From the NCBI GenBank assembly GCA_046348665.1, contig JAXMDV010000001.1, forward strand, positions 1,859,797 to 1,923,796: DNA of 64,000 bases, in the 5' to 3' direction. Below are positions 26,430 through 37,420 of the stretch, piece after piece (the stretch's first letter is position 1; each line of letters opens with the position of its first letter). The stretch comes from Sphingomonadaceae bacterium. Lineage in GTDB: Bacteria; Pseudomonadota; Alphaproteobacteria; Sphingomonadales; Sphingomonadaceae. Position numbers and translations under genes: made by a program. The notes under the pieces were generated by a model. The model ran no database searches and had not been told where the DNA came from. It was given only the letters and a program-made list of their open reading frames with translations.

Positions 26430-27518
26430 TCAGCCGCCTTCGTTGCGCAGCGATTGCCGTTCCAGCGCAACCTTGATCATCGCCACCAGCGGATCGGCCA
26501 GCATCAGCCCCAGCAGGCCGAACAGGGTGCCCATGATCAGCTGCATTCCCAGCACCACCGCCGGCGCGAGATCGGCGGTATGCTTGGCGATCAAGGGAAC
26601 CACGATGTTGCCGTCGATCAAGTGCACGAACAGGTAGACCAGAATGCAGAACAGCCCGGTGCTGGTGCTGTCGGAAAACCCGACCAGGATCATGATCGCG
26701 CCCGAAATCGGCGCGCCGATATTGGGCAGGAAGGCCAGCAGTCCGGTCAGCAGGCCCAGCAGCGCCGCCATCGGCACGCCCCACCAGCCCAGCAGCAGCC
26801 AGGTCGCGAGGCCTTCGAGCGTCATCCCGGCAAGCCGCCCGGCCATCAGCCGACGCAGAGTGTGGCCCATCTGCTGCGCGGTATCGGCAAAATATGCGCG
26901 CTGCGACATCGGCAGGAGCCAGGCGAACCCGCGCTGGTAGAGCTGCGGCTCGAGCGCGAAATAGATCCCCAGCACGATGATCCCGAACGCCGTGGTCAGC
27001 CCGCCGATCAGGTTGCTGACCGCGCTGGTCAGCTCGCCAATCGCGCCGGCGGCGCGTTCGACCAGGCTTTGCGCGGTCTTCATGTTGACCACCGCGCCGT
27101 GCGCCTGGAGCCAGTCGAGCACCTTGAACGACTGGGCCTGGATCACTTCGGGCAGCAGCGCGGCCTGGGCGGCGATCTGCGATCCGGCGAACATCGCGGT
27201 CCACAGCAGGAACGCGACCGTGAAGGCCAGCACGATCGCCGCCCGCCAGACCCGGTCGATGTTCAGCACCCGGCCAAGCAGCCGCGTCCCGCCGTCGATC
27301 AGCGCGGCAAAGACCATGCCGCCGAAAATGATCAGCAAGGGCCGGGCGAGATAGGCCACCAGCGCCAGCGCGGCGGCAAGGCCGATCCACACCGCGGCGC
27401 GCTTGAACTCGCCGCGCAGCACCGGATCGTGGATGTCGGCCGGCCCGGCAAGCTGCGCCGCCGGTTCCGCCTTCTTGCGGGTCCGGCTGCGGGCGGGGCT
27501 GGGGCTGGCCTCGGCCAT
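26430..27518 (-). CDS. AI-2E family transporter (PerM/UPF0118 permease)
   Basis: Start at [13 protein letters not shown] (rc ATG 27516-27518), overlapping the lepB stop by 1 nt. It is a multi-TM protein with LAFLPNIGAPISG and the typical C-terminal pattern. Confidence 0.85.
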   Translation of the reverse strand: MAEASPSPARSRTRKKAEPAAQLAGPADIHDPVLRGEFKRAAVWIGLAAALALVAYLARPLLIIFGGMVFAALIDGGTRLLGRVLNIDRVWRAAIVLAFTVAFLLWTAMFAGSQIAAQAALLPEVIQAQSFKVLDWLQAHGAVVNMKTAQSLVERAAGAIGELTSAVSNLIGGLTTAFGIIVLGIYFALEPQLYQRGFAWLLPMSQRAYFADTAQQMGHTLRRLMAGRLAGMTLEGLATWLLLGWWGVPMAALLGLLTGLLAFLPNIGAPISGAIMILVGFSDSTSTGLFCILVYLFVHLIDGNIVVPLIAKHTADLAPAVVLGMQLIMGTLFGLLGLMLADPLVAMIKVALERQSLRNEGG

Positions 27519-28414
27519 CACTTGCCTTTCGTCAGGTGCACGGTCCGCAGGCTGGTCCAGGACCGGCCAGAACGCAAGGCATTCCACCAGCTTGCCGGGT
27601 TGCGGCCCTGGCTGCCGTCGAGCGAGAAGGTGACGAATTCGGCGCGCCCGCCCACGTCGGACAATGGAACCGCTCCGCCCAGGCCGTGATCGGCCGAAGG
27701 AACCCGGCTGTCGGCCGAATGGTCGCGGTTGTCGCCCATCAGGAAGACGTGCCCTGCCGGCACCTTGACTTCGGGCATGTTGTTGTAGGCACCGCGCGGC
27801 TGATCGCGGATGATCATGTAGGTCGCCCCGTTGGGCAGCACTTCGCGGTAGGTCGGCAGTTCGATCACTTCGCGGCCCGAAGGCAGGCGCTTCCTGAAAC
27901 CGGCAAACACATCGTAGCACCAGGTCGGGTAGCCATATTCATCGCACATCAGCTCGGAATCGACGGGCAGCTGCACGCTCGGCTCCACCGTTTGCGGAAC
28001 TTTCCGGCCGTTGAGCACGATCTCGCCGTTCACCACCGCGATCCTGTCTCCGGGCAGGGCCACCACACGCTTGATCAGATCGTCGGTCCGGTCGCGCGGG
28101 ACGACGATCACGATGTCGCCATATTGCGGCATGCCGCCCAGCAGGCGCCAGTTGCCGCGCGGCAGGACGTGAAAGCTGGCCGAGGCCCAGTTCCAGCCGA
28201 ACGGGAACTTCGAAACCACCAGCCGGTCGCCAACCAGCAGGTTGGGCATCATCGAGATCGAAGGGATGTAGAACGGCTTGGCGATGAAGCTGTGGAAGCT
28301 GAGCACCGCCAGCAGCATCCAGAACAGCCCCTTGATCTCGCCGATCCAGTCGATCGGTTCATAGGGCTCGGCGGCGGTATCGGAAAGGGCGGGGGCGGGG
28401 CTTGATTCGGTCAC
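27518..28414 (-). CDS. lepB: Signal peptidase I
   Basis: [20 protein letters not shown] (catalytic Ser box), [33 protein letters not shown]. Confidence 0.93.
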   Translation of the reverse strand: MTESSPAPALSDTAAEPYEPIDWIGEIKGLFWMLLAVLSFHSFIAKPFYIPSISMMPNLLVGDRLVVSKFPFGWNWASASFHVLPRGNWRLLGGMPQYGDIVIVVPRDRTDDLIKRVVALPGDRIAVVNGEIVLNGRKVPQTVEPSVQLPVDSELMCDEYGYPTWCYDVFAGFRKRLPSGREVIELPTYREVLPNGATYMIIRDQPRGAYNNMPEVKVPAGHVFLMGDNRDHSADSRVPSADHGLGGAVPLSDVGGRAEFVTFSLDGSQGRNPASWWNALRSGRSWTSLRTVHLTKGK

Positions 28415-28812
28415 GTTTTGCGGGCCTCGATTACCACGAAGGCCTGGGCCCAGGGGTGGTCGTCAGTCAGGGTCAGGTGGATCACGGCCTCGTGCCCCGC
28501 GGGCGTGATCTCGGCCAGGCGGATAGCGGCCCCGCCCGAAAGCTGCAACGTCGGCGCGCCGCTTTTCATGTTGACCACGCCGATGTCCTTCATGAACACC
28601 CCGCGCTTGAACCCGGTGCCGACCGCCTTGGAAAAGGCTTCCTTGGCGGCAAAGCGCTTGGCCAGGGTGCCGGCCTTGGTAAAGGGGCGCGAATTGCCCT
28701 TGGCTTGCTCGATCTCGGTGAACACCCGGTTCTCGAACTTCTCGCCCCAGCGCTCCAGCGATTGCTGGATGCGTTCGATGTTGCACAGGTCCGAACCGAT
28801 CGCGAGGATCAC
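28411..28812 (-). CDS. acpS: Holo-[acyl-carrier-protein] synthase
   Basis: [15 protein letters not shown]..., [20 protein letters not shown]-like [10 protein letters not shown]. Confidence 0.9.
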   Translation of the reverse strand: MILAIGSDLCNIERIQQSLERWGEKFENRVFTEIEQAKGNSRPFTKAGTLAKRFAAKEAFSKAVGTGFKRGVFMKDIGVVNMKSGAPTLQLSGGAAIRLAEITPAGHEAVIHLTLTDDHPWAQAFVVIEARKT

Positions 28813-29552
28813 CGCGAAGGCCCCGCGCGCGCCGCGTCCATCAGTTCGCGCATCCTTAGCACCGCCGGCTCAAGCCCGCAGAAGATCGCTTCGCCGATCA
28901 GGTAGTGGCCGATGTTGAGTTCGGCGAGCTGCGGGATCGCGGCGACGGGCTGGACGTTTTCATAGGTCAGCCCGTGCCCGGCATGCGGTTCGATCCCGTA
29001 ACTGGCGGCAAGCGCGGCCATGTCGGCCAGGCGTTTCAGTTCAGCCGCGCGCGCTTCGCCTTCGGCGTGGGCATATTCGCCGGTGTGCAGTTCAACCACC
29101 GGGGCGCCGAGGCGCAGAGCGGCTTCGATCTGGCGCTCGTCCGGGGCAATGAACAGGCTGACGCGAATCCCGGCTTCGGACAGGCGCTGGACCATCGGGT
29201 AAAGCCGGTTGTGCTGCCCGGCGGCGTCGAGCCCGCCTTCGGTGGTGCGCTCCTCGCGCCGTTCGGGAACGATGCAGGCGGCGTGCGGCTGGTGGCGCAG
29301 GGCAATGGCCAGCATCTCGTCGGTCGCGGCCATTTCGAGGTTCAGGGGCAGGCTGGTGGCGGCCTGGATCCGGGCGAGATCCTCGTCGCGGATATGGCGG
29401 CGATCCTCGCGCAGGTGCGCGGTGATCCCGTCGCCGCCGCAGTCCGCGACGATCCTGGCGGCGCGAACCGGATCGGGATGATCGCCGCCGCGCGCGTTGC
29501 GGATCGTCGCAACGTGATCGATATTGACGCCAAGGCGCAGGCGCTGGCTCAC
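28809..29552 (-). CDS. pdxJ: Pyridoxine 5'-phosphate synthase
   Basis: GTG start. [50 protein letters not shown]. Confidence 0.93.
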   Translation of the reverse strand: MSQRLRLGVNIDHVATIRNARGGDHPDPVRAARIVADCGGDGITAHLREDRRHIRDEDLARIQAATSLPLNLEMAATDEMLAIALRHQPHAACIVPERREERTTEGGLDAAGQHNRLYPMVQRLSEAGIRVSLFIAPDERQIEAALRLGAPVVELHTGEYAHAEGEARAAELKRLADMAALAASYGIEPHAGHGLTYENVQPVAAIPQLAELNIGHYLIGEAIFCGLEPAVLRMRELMDAARAGPSR

Positions 29553-30133
29553 GGTTTCGCGCGGCTTCCCGGCTTTACCGCCTCGCTCGCGGCGAGTTCG
29601 GGCGGCAGTTCGTCAGGCGCATAGGTGGGAAAGTTGATCGCGATCAGCGGGAAGAACGGTACGCCCAGATCGACCGCCCCGGCCGAACGGTCGACCAGCG
29701 CGGCGGCTGCCACCACCTCGCCGCCGGCTTCCTCGATCGCGCGAATCGCTTCCTTGCTCGACAGGCCGGTGGTCACCACGTCCTCGACCATCAGCACCTT
29801 GTCGCCCGGTTCCAGCGCGAAGCCGCGGCGCAGCTCGAACGTGCCGGTGGGGCGCTCGACGAACATCGCCTCGACCCCCAGCGCGCGGCCCATCTCGTGA
29901 CCAATGATCACACCGCCCATCGCCGGAGAGACCACCCTGGTGATCTCCTTGCGCAGCTCGCGCGGGAGGCGCTGGGCCAGCGCGGTGGCCAGCCGGGACG
30001 CGCGCATCGGATCCATCAGGACCCGCGCACATTGCAGGTAATGTGCGCTGTGGCGCCCGGACGAGAGCAGGAAATGCCCCTCAAGCAAGGCCTTGCTGGC
30101 CCGGAACTCGCCAAGCACTTCTTCTTCCTGCAT
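29549..30133 (-). CDS. pyrE: Orotate phosphoribosyltransferase
   Basis: Start at [33 protein letters not shown] loop [13 protein letters not shown]. Confidence 0.9.
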   Translation of the reverse strand: MQEEEVLGEFRASKALLEGHFLLSSGRHSAHYLQCARVLMDPMRASRLATALAQRLPRELRKEITRVVSPAMGGVIIGHEMGRALGVEAMFVERPTGTFELRRGFALEPGDKVLMVEDVVTTGLSSKEAIRAIEEAGGEVVAAAALVDRSAGAVDLGVPFFPLIAINFPTYAPDELPPELAASEAVKPGSRAKP

Positions 30134-30326
30134 ATCGCCGCGCAGCCTTTCGCAAATTTCGATTTCGGCGGGCCGCCCTTGCAGCCGACCCACAAATTTT
30201 CCCTAGAGGCGCTTGAGGTGCCCGTAAAGCGCGCGTATAGGCCCGGCTGAAAATCACAACTCCCACGGGAGCAGGGAGGAAGCGCGCTCGGGCTTCCCGA
30301 CCTGAAAAGCGAAAGCAAGGGGAACG

Positions 30327-31448
30327 ATGGCAATCGGTCAATGCGCCCGTGATGCGGTCAACGCGTCTTTCACCGCAATCAAGGCAATCGGACTGTCGCT
30401 GGCACTGCTGACGGCGGGAACGGCATATGCCGCACCGGCCGCGGCGCCTGCCGTCAGCGCCGCGCCCGCGGCCAGCGGGGCCGCCGATGCCTCTGCCGCC
30501 GAAGCGAAGCCTGCCGCCGCTCCGGTGGCTGCCGCACCGGCGCCCGAAGCGCCCAAGATCGATCCCAACGATCCGCGCTACCGGGTTGCCCCGGGCGGCT
30601 ATGTCCCGATGAAGCCGACCGAGGGCGTGGGCATGCCGATCTCGGGCGCGCTCGACGTCCAGACGCAGTATTCGCCGACCGGCCAGCAGGCGCTCAGGAT
30701 GCACAACGGCCTCGTCTATGTGATGTTCGCCATCACCGCGCTGGTCCTGCTGCTGCTGCTGTTCGTGATCGTGCGCTTCAACAAGCGCGCCAACCCGGTT
30801 CCCTCGAAGACCTCGCACAACACCCTGCTGGAAGTCATCTGGACCGGCATCCCGATCCTTATCCTGGTCGGCATCGCGGTGCCCTCGGTCAACCTGCTGC
30901 GCGCGCAGTTCAAGGATCCGGGCAAGAACGCGCTGACCATCAAGGCCACCGGCAACCAGTGGTACTGGACCTATTCCTATCCCGACAACGGCGGGTTCGA
31001 AGTGATCTCGAACATGCTCAAGGAAAAGGACGAGGTTAATCCCGGTGAGCGTTTTCGCACCGATGACGACGGCCCGGCGCACCTTGCCGCGGACAACCGC
31101 ATGGTCGTTCCCGTCGGCGAGGATATCCGCTTCCAGGCGGTCGGCTCCGACGTGATTCACGCCTTCGCCGTGCCTTCGCTGTGGTTCAAGATCGACGCGG
31201 TTCCCGGCCGTCTCAACGAACGGTTCCTGCGCATCGACAAGCCGGGCGTCTATTTCGGCCAGTGCTCGGAACTTTGCGGCGCCCGCCACGGCTATATGCC
31301 GATCGTGGTCGAAGCCCTGCCGCGCGACAAGTACAACGCCTGGGTCGTCGCCCAGGGAGGCAAGGTTGACGGGCTGCCCGAAGCGCCCGCCGCCGCTGCC
31401 GCCCCGTCGCAGGCTGCCGCAGCTCCGGCTGCCAAGCCCGCCGCCTGA
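30327..31448 (+). CDS. ctaC: Cytochrome c oxidase subunit II
   Basis: QWYWTYSYPD, DVIHAFAVPSLWFKIDAVPGR, and the CuA site GQCSELCGARHGYMP. It has Ala/Pro-rich N- and C-terminal extensions. Confidence 0.93.
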   Translation: MAIGQCARDAVNASFTAIKAIGLSLALLTAGTAYAAPAAAPAVSAAPAASGAADASAAEAKPAAAPVAAAPAPEAPKIDPNDPRYRVAPGGYVPMKPTEGVGMPISGALDVQTQYSPTGQQALRMHNGLVYVMFAITALVLLLLLFVIVRFNKRANPVPSKTSHNTLLEVIWTGIPILILVGIAVPSVNLLRAQFKDPGKNALTIKATGNQWYWTYSYPDNGGFEVISNMLKEKDEVNPGERFRTDDDGPAHLAADNRMVVPVGEDIRFQAVGSDVIHAFAVPSLWFKIDAVPGRLNERFLRIDKPGVYFGQCSELCGARHGYMPIVVEALPRDKYNAWVVAQGGKVDGLPEAPAAAAAPSQAAAAPAAKPAA

Positions 31449-31479
31449 CCAGAAGATCTAGGACAAAGGTTCCTGCACC

Positions 31480-33162
31480 ATGGCTACCACCGCCGACCAC
31501 TTCCAGGCCCACGCAGAAGATCACGGGCACCATGATCACAAGCCGGCGTTCTTCGCCCGCTGGTTCATGTCCACCAACCACAAGGACATCGGGACGCTCT
31601 ACCTGATCTTCGCGATCTTCGCGGGGATCATCGGCGGCGCGATCTCGGGCCTGATGCGCCTCGAACTGGCCCAGCCGGGAATCCAGCACCTGGGCTGGAT
31701 CGCCAGCCTGCTGGGCGAACCCAACGCCAGCTTCGATGCCCAGCTGCACCTGTGGAACGTGCTGATCACCGCGCACGGACTGATCATGGTGTTCTTCCTG
31801 GTCATGCCGGCGATCATCGGCGGTTTCGGCAACTGGTTCGTCCCGATCATGATCGGCGCGCCCGACATGGCCTTCCCGCGGATGAACAACATCTCGTTCT
31901 GGCTGACCGTTTCGGGCTTCTGCTCGCTGCTGCTTTCGGCGGTGGTCCCGGGCGATGCCACCGGCAACGGCGCCGGCATCGGCTGGACCGCCTATGCTCC
32001 GCTGTCGACCTACGGGTCGGTCGGGCCGGCAACCGATTTCGCGATCTTCTCGCTGCACCTTGCCGGTGCCGCCTCGATCATGGGCGCGATCAACTTCATC
32101 ACCACCATCTTCAACATGCGCGCTCCGGGGATGACTCTCCACAAGATGCCGCTGTTCGTCTGGTCGGTGCTGGTCACTGCCTTCCTGCTGCTACTGGCGC
32201 TGCCGGTGCTTGCCGCGGCGATCACCATGCTGATCACCGACCGCAATTTCGGCACCACCTTCTATGATCATCGCGGCGGCGGCGACCCCGAACTGTACCA
32301 GCACCTGTTCTGGTTCTTCGGCCATCCCGAAGTCTACATCATGATCCTGCCGGCCTTCGGCATCATCAGCCACATCATCTCGACCTTCTCGAAGAAGCCG
32401 GTGTTCGGTTACCTGGGCATGGCCTATGCGATGGTCGCGATCGGCGTGGTCGGCTTCGTGGTCTGGGCGCACCACATGTACACCACCGGGATGACGCTCA
32501 ACACCAAGATGTACTTCACGCTCGCCACGATGGTGATCGCGGTGCCGACCGGCATCAAGATCTTCAGCTGGATCGCGACGATGTGGGGCGGCTCGATCGA
32601 ATTCAAAAGCCCGATGGTCTGGGCGATCGGCTTCATCTTCCTGTTCGTGGTCGGCGGCGTGACCGGGGTCTACCTGGCCAACGGCGGGATCGACGACGTG
32701 GTCCACGATACCTATTTCGTGGTCGCGCACTTCCACTACGTGCTGTCGCTGGGTGCGGTGACGGCGCTGTTCGCGGGCTTCTACTACTGGTTCCCGAAGA
32801 TGAGCGGGCGGATGCACAGCGAATTCCTCGCGCACGTGCACTTCTGGATCTTCTTCGTCGGCGTGAACATGATCTTCTTCCCGCAGCACTTCCTGGGCCT
32901 GCAGGGGATGCCGCGCCGGTATCCGGACTATGCCCCGGCCTATGCCTACTGGAACGAATGGTCGTCGATCGGCTACCTGGTGCTGCTGACCTCGCTGGTC
33001 GTGTGGTTCATCAACATCATCTATGCCTTCACCGCCGGCAAGAAGGCCGCGGACAACTACTGGGGCGAAGGCGCCACCACGCTCGAATGGACCTTGTCGA
33101 GCCCGCCGCCGTATCACCAGTTCGAAACGGTTCCGGTAATCGAGGACAACGATCACCACTGA
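31480..33162 (+). CDS. ctaD: Cytochrome c oxidase subunit I
   Basis: 560 aa: [44 protein letters not shown]. Confidence 0.97.
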   Translation: MATTADHFQAHAEDHGHHDHKPAFFARWFMSTNHKDIGTLYLIFAIFAGIIGGAISGLMRLELAQPGIQHLGWIASLLGEPNASFDAQLHLWNVLITAHGLIMVFFLVMPAIIGGFGNWFVPIMIGAPDMAFPRMNNISFWLTVSGFCSLLLSAVVPGDATGNGAGIGWTAYAPLSTYGSVGPATDFAIFSLHLAGAASIMGAINFITTIFNMRAPGMTLHKMPLFVWSVLVTAFLLLLALPVLAAAITMLITDRNFGTTFYDHRGGGDPELYQHLFWFFGHPEVYIMILPAFGIISHIISTFSKKPVFGYLGMAYAMVAIGVVGFVVWAHHMYTTGMTLNTKMYFTLATMVIAVPTGIKIFSWIATMWGGSIEFKSPMVWAIGFIFLFVVGGVTGVYLANGGIDDVVHDTYFVVAHFHYVLSLGAVTALFAGFYYWFPKMSGRMHSEFLAHVHFWIFFVGVNMIFFPQHFLGLQGMPRRYPDYAPAYAYWNEWSSIGYLVLLTSLVVWFINIIYAFTAGKKAADNYWGEGATTLEWTLSSPPPYHQFETVPVIEDNDHH

Positions 33163-33167
33163 GGTTT

Positions 33168-33187
33168 GTCCGCCCGGAGGGGCGGAC
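33168..33187 (+). terminator. Hairpin GTCCGCCC-ggag-GGGCGGAC directly after the ctaD stop (possible terminator/attenuator, no U-tract)
   Basis: 8-bp perfect stem read directly, 6 nt after the stop codon. Confidence 0.35.
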
Positions 33188-33195
33188 ACCGCAGC

Positions 33196-33310
33196 TTCCC
33201 CTCCCGCTGGCGGGAGGGGTCGGGGGAGGGCTTGTTCCCTCCCCTTTGCTTTTGTACGTCTTGCGCTAAGACATTCCCTTCCCCAGCCCCTCCCGCAGGC
33301 GGGAGGGGAG
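33196..33310. repeat. Palindromic element, family C (CCCCTCCCGC-tgg-GCGGGAGGGG ... CCCCTCCCGC-agg-GCGGGAGGGG)
   Basis: TTCCCCTCCCGCTGGCGGGAGGGGTCGGGGGAGGGC at 33196 versus CCCTTCCCCAGCCCCTCCCGCAGGCGGGAGGGGAG at 33276. Same family as 13915-14015. Confidence 0.85.
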
Positions 33311-33348
33311 GAGCAGGAGGCCCGCTTCGCGGCCTGGAGGATGCCTTG

Positions 33349-34308
33349 ATGCCTGAATTTCGCATGATCGATACCGGCGGACTTGCCCTGCGCTGCGCGA
33401 TCGAGGGCGAAGGGCCGCTGGCGATCATGGTCCACGGCTTTCCCGAAAGCTGGTATTCGTGGCGGCATCAGATCGCGCCGGTCGCGGCGGCGGGGTTCAC
33501 CGCCTGCGCGATCGACGTGCGCGGCTATGGCGGCTCGGACAAGCCCCCGGCGGTCGAGGACTACACGCTGGAAAAGATCGCGTCCGACCTGATCGGGCTG
33601 GCCGACGCGCTTTCGCCCGATGCCCCGGTGATGCTGATCGGGCATGACTGGGGTGCGCCGATCGTCTGGAACACGGCCTTCACCAATCCGCGGCGGATCC
33701 GGGCCGTGGCCGGGCTTTCGGTGCCATTTTCCGGCGCCCCGCAGCGCCCCTTCACCGAGGTGTTCCGCGAACATTTCACCAGCCAGGGCCGGTTCTTCTA
33801 TCAGGAATATTTCCAGCAGCCGGGGGTGGCCGAAGCCGAAGCGGAGCGCGATCCGCGCGATTTCGTGGCGCGGATGATGTATTCGATCAGCGGCGACGTG
33901 CCGCCGGGTGATTACTGGAGCAAGCCCGCCGGGGCGACCTTCCTCGAAGGGCTGCCCGATCCCCGGCCGGTCCCCTGGCTCAGCGAGGCGGACCTCGACT
34001 ATTACGAGGGTGAGTTCAAGGCTTCCGGCTTTCGCGGGCCGCTCAACCGCTATCGCAATCACGAGCGCGATTTCGAATGGCTGAAGCCGATGCAGGGCAG
34101 GCAGCTCGAACAGCCCTGCCTGTTCATCGGCGGCGATCGCGATCCGGCAACCACGCTGTTCGGCGCAGTGGCCGATCCGGTCGCAATGATGCGGATCTTC
34201 GCGCCCGCCGTCGAAGGCCATGTGCTGCAAGGTGTGGGCCACTGGACCCAGCAGGAGCGCCCCGAAGAGGTGAACGCGCTGCTGATCGACTGGTTGAAGC
34301 GGCTCTGA
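33349..34308 (+). CDS. Epoxide hydrolase-like alpha/beta hydrolase
   Basis: Start at [11 protein letters not shown] (ATG 33349). Motifs: [15 protein letters not shown] (HGxP), [10 protein letters not shown] (nucleophile Asp), [14 protein letters not shown]. Confidence 0.85.
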   Translation: MPEFRMIDTGGLALRCAIEGEGPLAIMVHGFPESWYSWRHQIAPVAAAGFTACAIDVRGYGGSDKPPAVEDYTLEKIASDLIGLADALSPDAPVMLIGHDWGAPIVWNTAFTNPRRIRAVAGLSVPFSGAPQRPFTEVFREHFTSQGRFFYQEYFQQPGVAEAEAERDPRDFVARMMYSISGDVPPGDYWSKPAGATFLEGLPDPRPVPWLSEADLDYYEGEFKASGFRGPLNRYRNHERDFEWLKPMQGRQLEQPCLFIGGDRDPATTLFGAVADPVAMMRIFAPAVEGHVLQGVGHWTQQERPEEVNALLIDWLKRL

Positions 34309-34331
34309 CCCCGGCCTATAGCCCGACCGCC

Positions 34332-35243
34332 ATGTCCACCGCGCCCGCCCAGCCGATTCCCTTGCCCGCCGATTGGCGCGATTTCCTGTCGCTGACCAAG
34401 CCCCGGGTTATGAGCCTGGTGATCTTCACCGGGCTGTGCGGGCTTCTGGCCGCGCCTGTGCCGGTCGATCCGATCCTGGGGTTCACCGCGGTGCTGTGCA
34501 TCGCACTGGGGGCAGGCGGCAGCGCCGCGCTCAACCAGTGGTGGGAGGCCGATCTCGACGCGATGATGAAGCGCACCGCCTCGCGCCCGCTGCCCGCCGG
34601 GCGAATGGAACGCGCCGCGGCGCGCGATTTCGGCGTGGCGCTGTCGGTCGCCTCGGTGCTGATCATGGGGCTTGCCTGCGGCTGGCTGGCTGCGGCAATC
34701 CTGGCCTTCTCGATCTTCTACTATGCGGTGATCTACACCGTGTGGCTGAAACCCCGCACTCCGCAGAACATCGTCATCGGCGGCGGGGCCGGCGCTTTTC
34801 CGCCGATGATCGGCTGGATCGCCGCCACCGGCGAGATCACGCTGATGCCGGTCCTGCTGTTCGCGATCATCTTCTTCTGGACCCCGCCGCATTTCTGGGC
34901 GCTCGCGCTGTTTGTCGAGACCGACTATGCCGCCGCCGGCATCCCGATGATGCCGGTGGTCGCCGGGCACAAGTCGACCCGGCGGCAGATCCTGGTCTAT
35001 GCCGTGCTGCTGCTGCCGATCGCGCTGGCGCCGTTCCTGCTTGGCCTGACCGGGTGGTTCTATGGTGCTGCCGCCCTGGCGCTGGGCACGATGTTCCTGC
35101 TGCTCAGCCTCAAGGTCGCGACTTTCCGCACCAGCCAGAACGACATGGACATGCGCGCCGAAAAGCGCCTGTTCGGGTTCTCGGTGCTCTATCTCTTCGC
35201 CCTGTTCGCCGCGCTGGTGGCGGACCGCTTCATAGCCGGATGA
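34332..35243 (+). CDS. ctaB: Protoheme IX farnesyltransferase (heme O synthase)
   Basis: Start at [12 protein letters not shown]. Motifs: [44 protein letters not shown]. Confidence 0.93.
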   Translation: MSTAPAQPIPLPADWRDFLSLTKPRVMSLVIFTGLCGLLAAPVPVDPILGFTAVLCIALGAGGSAALNQWWEADLDAMMKRTASRPLPAGRMERAAARDFGVALSVASVLIMGLACGWLAAAILAFSIFYYAVIYTVWLKPRTPQNIVIGGGAGAFPPMIGWIAATGEITLMPVLLFAIIFFWTPPHFWALALFVETDYAAAGIPMMPVVAGHKSTRRQILVYAVLLLPIALAPFLLGLTGWFYGAAALALGTMFLLLSLKVATFRTSQNDMDMRAEKRLFGFSVLYLFALFAALVADRFIAG

Positions 35244-35383
35244 CCCCGATGGACCTCAACAAGCCCGATCCAGAAGCCGAACGCCGGCGCATCATCAAGG
35301 GGCGCAACAATGCGCTGGGGCTGCTGCTGCTGGGCCTGGTGGTGCTGTTCTTCCTGATCACCATCGCCAAGCGGGTAACCTGA
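35240..35383 (+). CDS. Small single-TM membrane protein of the cta cluster (47 aa)
   Basis: The ATG overlaps the ctaB stop (ATGA). Sequence: [47 protein letters not shown]. Confidence 0.5.
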   Translation: MTPMDLNKPDPEAERRRIIKGRNNALGLLLLGLVVLFFLITIAKRVT

Positions 35384-35385
35384 CC

Positions 35386-36009
35386 GTGGGAATCGCATCG
35401 GCTGCCGATGGCCGGCGCAATCGCCGCGTCGCGCTCTATGCGCTGGCGGGGGCGCTCGCCATGCTTGCGCTGGGTTTCGCCGCGGTTCCGCTTTACCGGA
35501 TGTTCTGCCAGGTCACGGGCTTTGGCGGCACGACCCAGCGCGCCAGCGCGGCCGAGGCCGGTGCGGTCAAGGTTTCGGACCGGACGATCTCGGTGCGGTT
35601 CGATGGCAACGTCGCGTCTGATTTGCCCTGGCGCTTCGGGCCCAGCCAGGTCACGCAGGAGATGAAGATCGGCCAGCGCCGGATCGCCTTCTACACCTCG
35701 GAAAACCTTTCGAACGTGCCGATCACCGGAGTTGCCAGCTTCAATGTCGAGCCCGAGGTTGCGGGGCTCTATTTCAAGAAAATCCACTGTTTCTGCTTCA
35801 ACCAGCAGACCCTGCAGCCGGGGCAGAAGGTGGTCATGCCGGTGCAGTACTATGTCGATCCGGCGATCCTCGATAACCCGGACACCAAGGATATCCGGCA
35901 GATCACGCTCAGCTATACCTTCCACAAGTCGGCCGATCAGAGCGCGGCCAAGCCGGATGGTGGGAAAGCCGCGTCAAAGGCACTGGACCAGCGCGCGGCG
36001 GCGCGATAA
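35386..36009 (+). CDS. ctaG: Cytochrome c oxidase assembly protein CtaG/Cox11
   Basis: GTG start. FAAVPLYRMFCQVTGFGGT, KIHCFCFNQQTL. Confidence 0.9.
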   Translation: MGIASAADGRRNRRVALYALAGALAMLALGFAAVPLYRMFCQVTGFGGTTQRASAAEAGAVKVSDRTISVRFDGNVASDLPWRFGPSQVTQEMKIGQRRIAFYTSENLSNVPITGVASFNVEPEVAGLYFKKIHCFCFNQQTLQPGQKVVMPVQYYVDPAILDNPDTKDIRQITLSYTFHKSADQSAAKPDGGKAASKALDQRAAAR

Positions 36010-36076
36010 GGGCTGAGGAAATCCGAAGCCGGCAGCATTGCCGACACAACAGAGATAAACGGGGACCTGACGTATC

Positions 36077-36898
36077 ATGGCCGGCACTAAGAACCACGAT
36101 TATCACATTCTCGATCCGGACATCATGCCGCTCATGGGGGCACTCACCGCGCTGACGATGACCAGCGGGCTGGTGCTGTTCATGCACGACATGCCGGCGG
36201 GCAAGTTCGTCTTCCCGCTGGGTCTTGCCGGGCTGCTGTTCACGCTGTGGCAGTGGTGGAGCAAGGTCGTCGCCGAAGCGCATCAGGGCCACCATACCCC
36301 GGTGGTGCAGCTGCACCTGCGCTATGGCATGATCCTGTTCATCGCTTCCGAAGTGATGTTCTTCGTCGGCTGGTTCTGGGCGTTCTTCGATTTCTCGCTG
36401 TTCCCCTCGACCATTTCGGAAGTGGTCGCCGGACAGTGGCCGCCCAAGGCGGTTACGGCGGTGCTCAACGCCTTCGACCTGCCGCTGCTCAACACGCTGA
36501 TCCTGCTGTGTTCGGGCACCACGGTCACCTGGGCGCACCACAGCTTGATCCACGGCGATCGTGATGGGCTGAAGAAGGGCCTGTGGGCCACGATCCTGCT
36601 GGGCCTGCTGTTCACCAGCATCCAGGCCTACGAATATTCGGCCGCGCCGTTCCCCTTCGGCGTCAACACCTATGGCAGCGCCTTCTACATGGCGACGGGC
36701 TTCCACGGTTTCCACGTGATCGTCGGCACGATCTTCCTGATCGTCTGCCTCAAGCGCGCCTACAACGGCGACTTCACGCCCAAGCAGCACTTCGGCTTCG
36801 AAGCGGCTGCCTGGTACTGGCACTTCGTCGACGTGGTCTGGCTGTTCCTGTTCGTCGCGGTTTACGTGTGGGGTAACTGGGGCCACGCGGTCCACTGA
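36077..36898 (+). CDS. ctaE: Cytochrome c oxidase subunit III
   Basis: 273 aa: HDYHILDPD, MILFIASEVMFF, FYMATGFHGFHVIVGT, AAWYWHFVDVVWLFLF. Confidence 0.95.
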   Translation: MAGTKNHDYHILDPDIMPLMGALTALTMTSGLVLFMHDMPAGKFVFPLGLAGLLFTLWQWWSKVVAEAHQGHHTPVVQLHLRYGMILFIASEVMFFVGWFWAFFDFSLFPSTISEVVAGQWPPKAVTAVLNAFDLPLLNTLILLCSGTTVTWAHHSLIHGDRDGLKKGLWATILLGLLFTSIQAYEYSAAPFPFGVNTYGSAFYMATGFHGFHVIVGTIFLIVCLKRAYNGDFTPKQHFGFEAAAWYWHFVDVVWLFLFVAVYVWGNWGHAVH

Positions 36899-37293
36899 TG
36901 GCGGGCGAGACGCCTGACACGAAGGGGCAGCCGGGGATCACCCAGGCTGCCCTTTTCGCATTGTGCCCGCGCTGCGGCGCGAAGGGCCTGTTCTCCGGGC
37001 TGACCCGGTTTGCGCCGAAGTGCGGCGCCTGCGGGCTGGACTATCAGCAGTTCAATGTCGGCGATGGCCCGGCGGCGTTCCTCACCTTGGTGATCGGCGG
37101 GCTGGTGCTTGGGCTGGGCCTGTGGGTCGAATTGGCCTTCGAACCGCCGCTCTGGTTGTTGCTGCTTCTGCTGACGCCGCTGATCTTCGGCGCGACGGTC
37201 TGGGGCCTGCGCGTCACCAAGGCTGCGCTGCTCGCGGCGGAGTTCCAACGCAAGGCGGTTGAGGTAACGCACAAGGACGTGCGCAAGGACTAG
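36898..37293 (+). CDS. DUF983 domain membrane protein
   Basis: CPRCGAKGLFSGLTRFAPKCGACGLDY zinc-ribbon-like motif followed by two TM segments. The start overlaps the ctaE stop. Confidence 0.8.
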   Translation: MAGETPDTKGQPGITQAALFALCPRCGAKGLFSGLTRFAPKCGACGLDYQQFNVGDGPAAFLTLVIGGLVLGLGLWVELAFEPPLWLLLLLLTPLIFGATVWGLRVTKAALLAAEFQRKAVEVTHKDVRKD

Positions 37294-37309
37294 CCTTTGC
37301 CCAACAATC

Positions 37310-37406
37310 CCGCTCATCATGAGCTTGTCGAAGGATTGTTGTAGTCACCGGCTTTGCGCTTGGGCCAAAGTGCAAAACGGCCCTTCGACAGGCTCAGGGT
37401 GAACGG
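37310..37406. repeat. Palindromic element, family A (CCGCTCATCATGAGCTTGTCGAAGG ... CCTTCGACAGGCTCAGGGTGAACGG)
   Basis: Inverted arms with the same TGAGCTTGTCGAAG / CTTCGACA(A/G)GCTCA core as at 1813 and 22844. It lies between DUF983 and SURF1. Confidence 0.85.
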
Positions 37407-37420
37407 AACCGGAGAACGAA

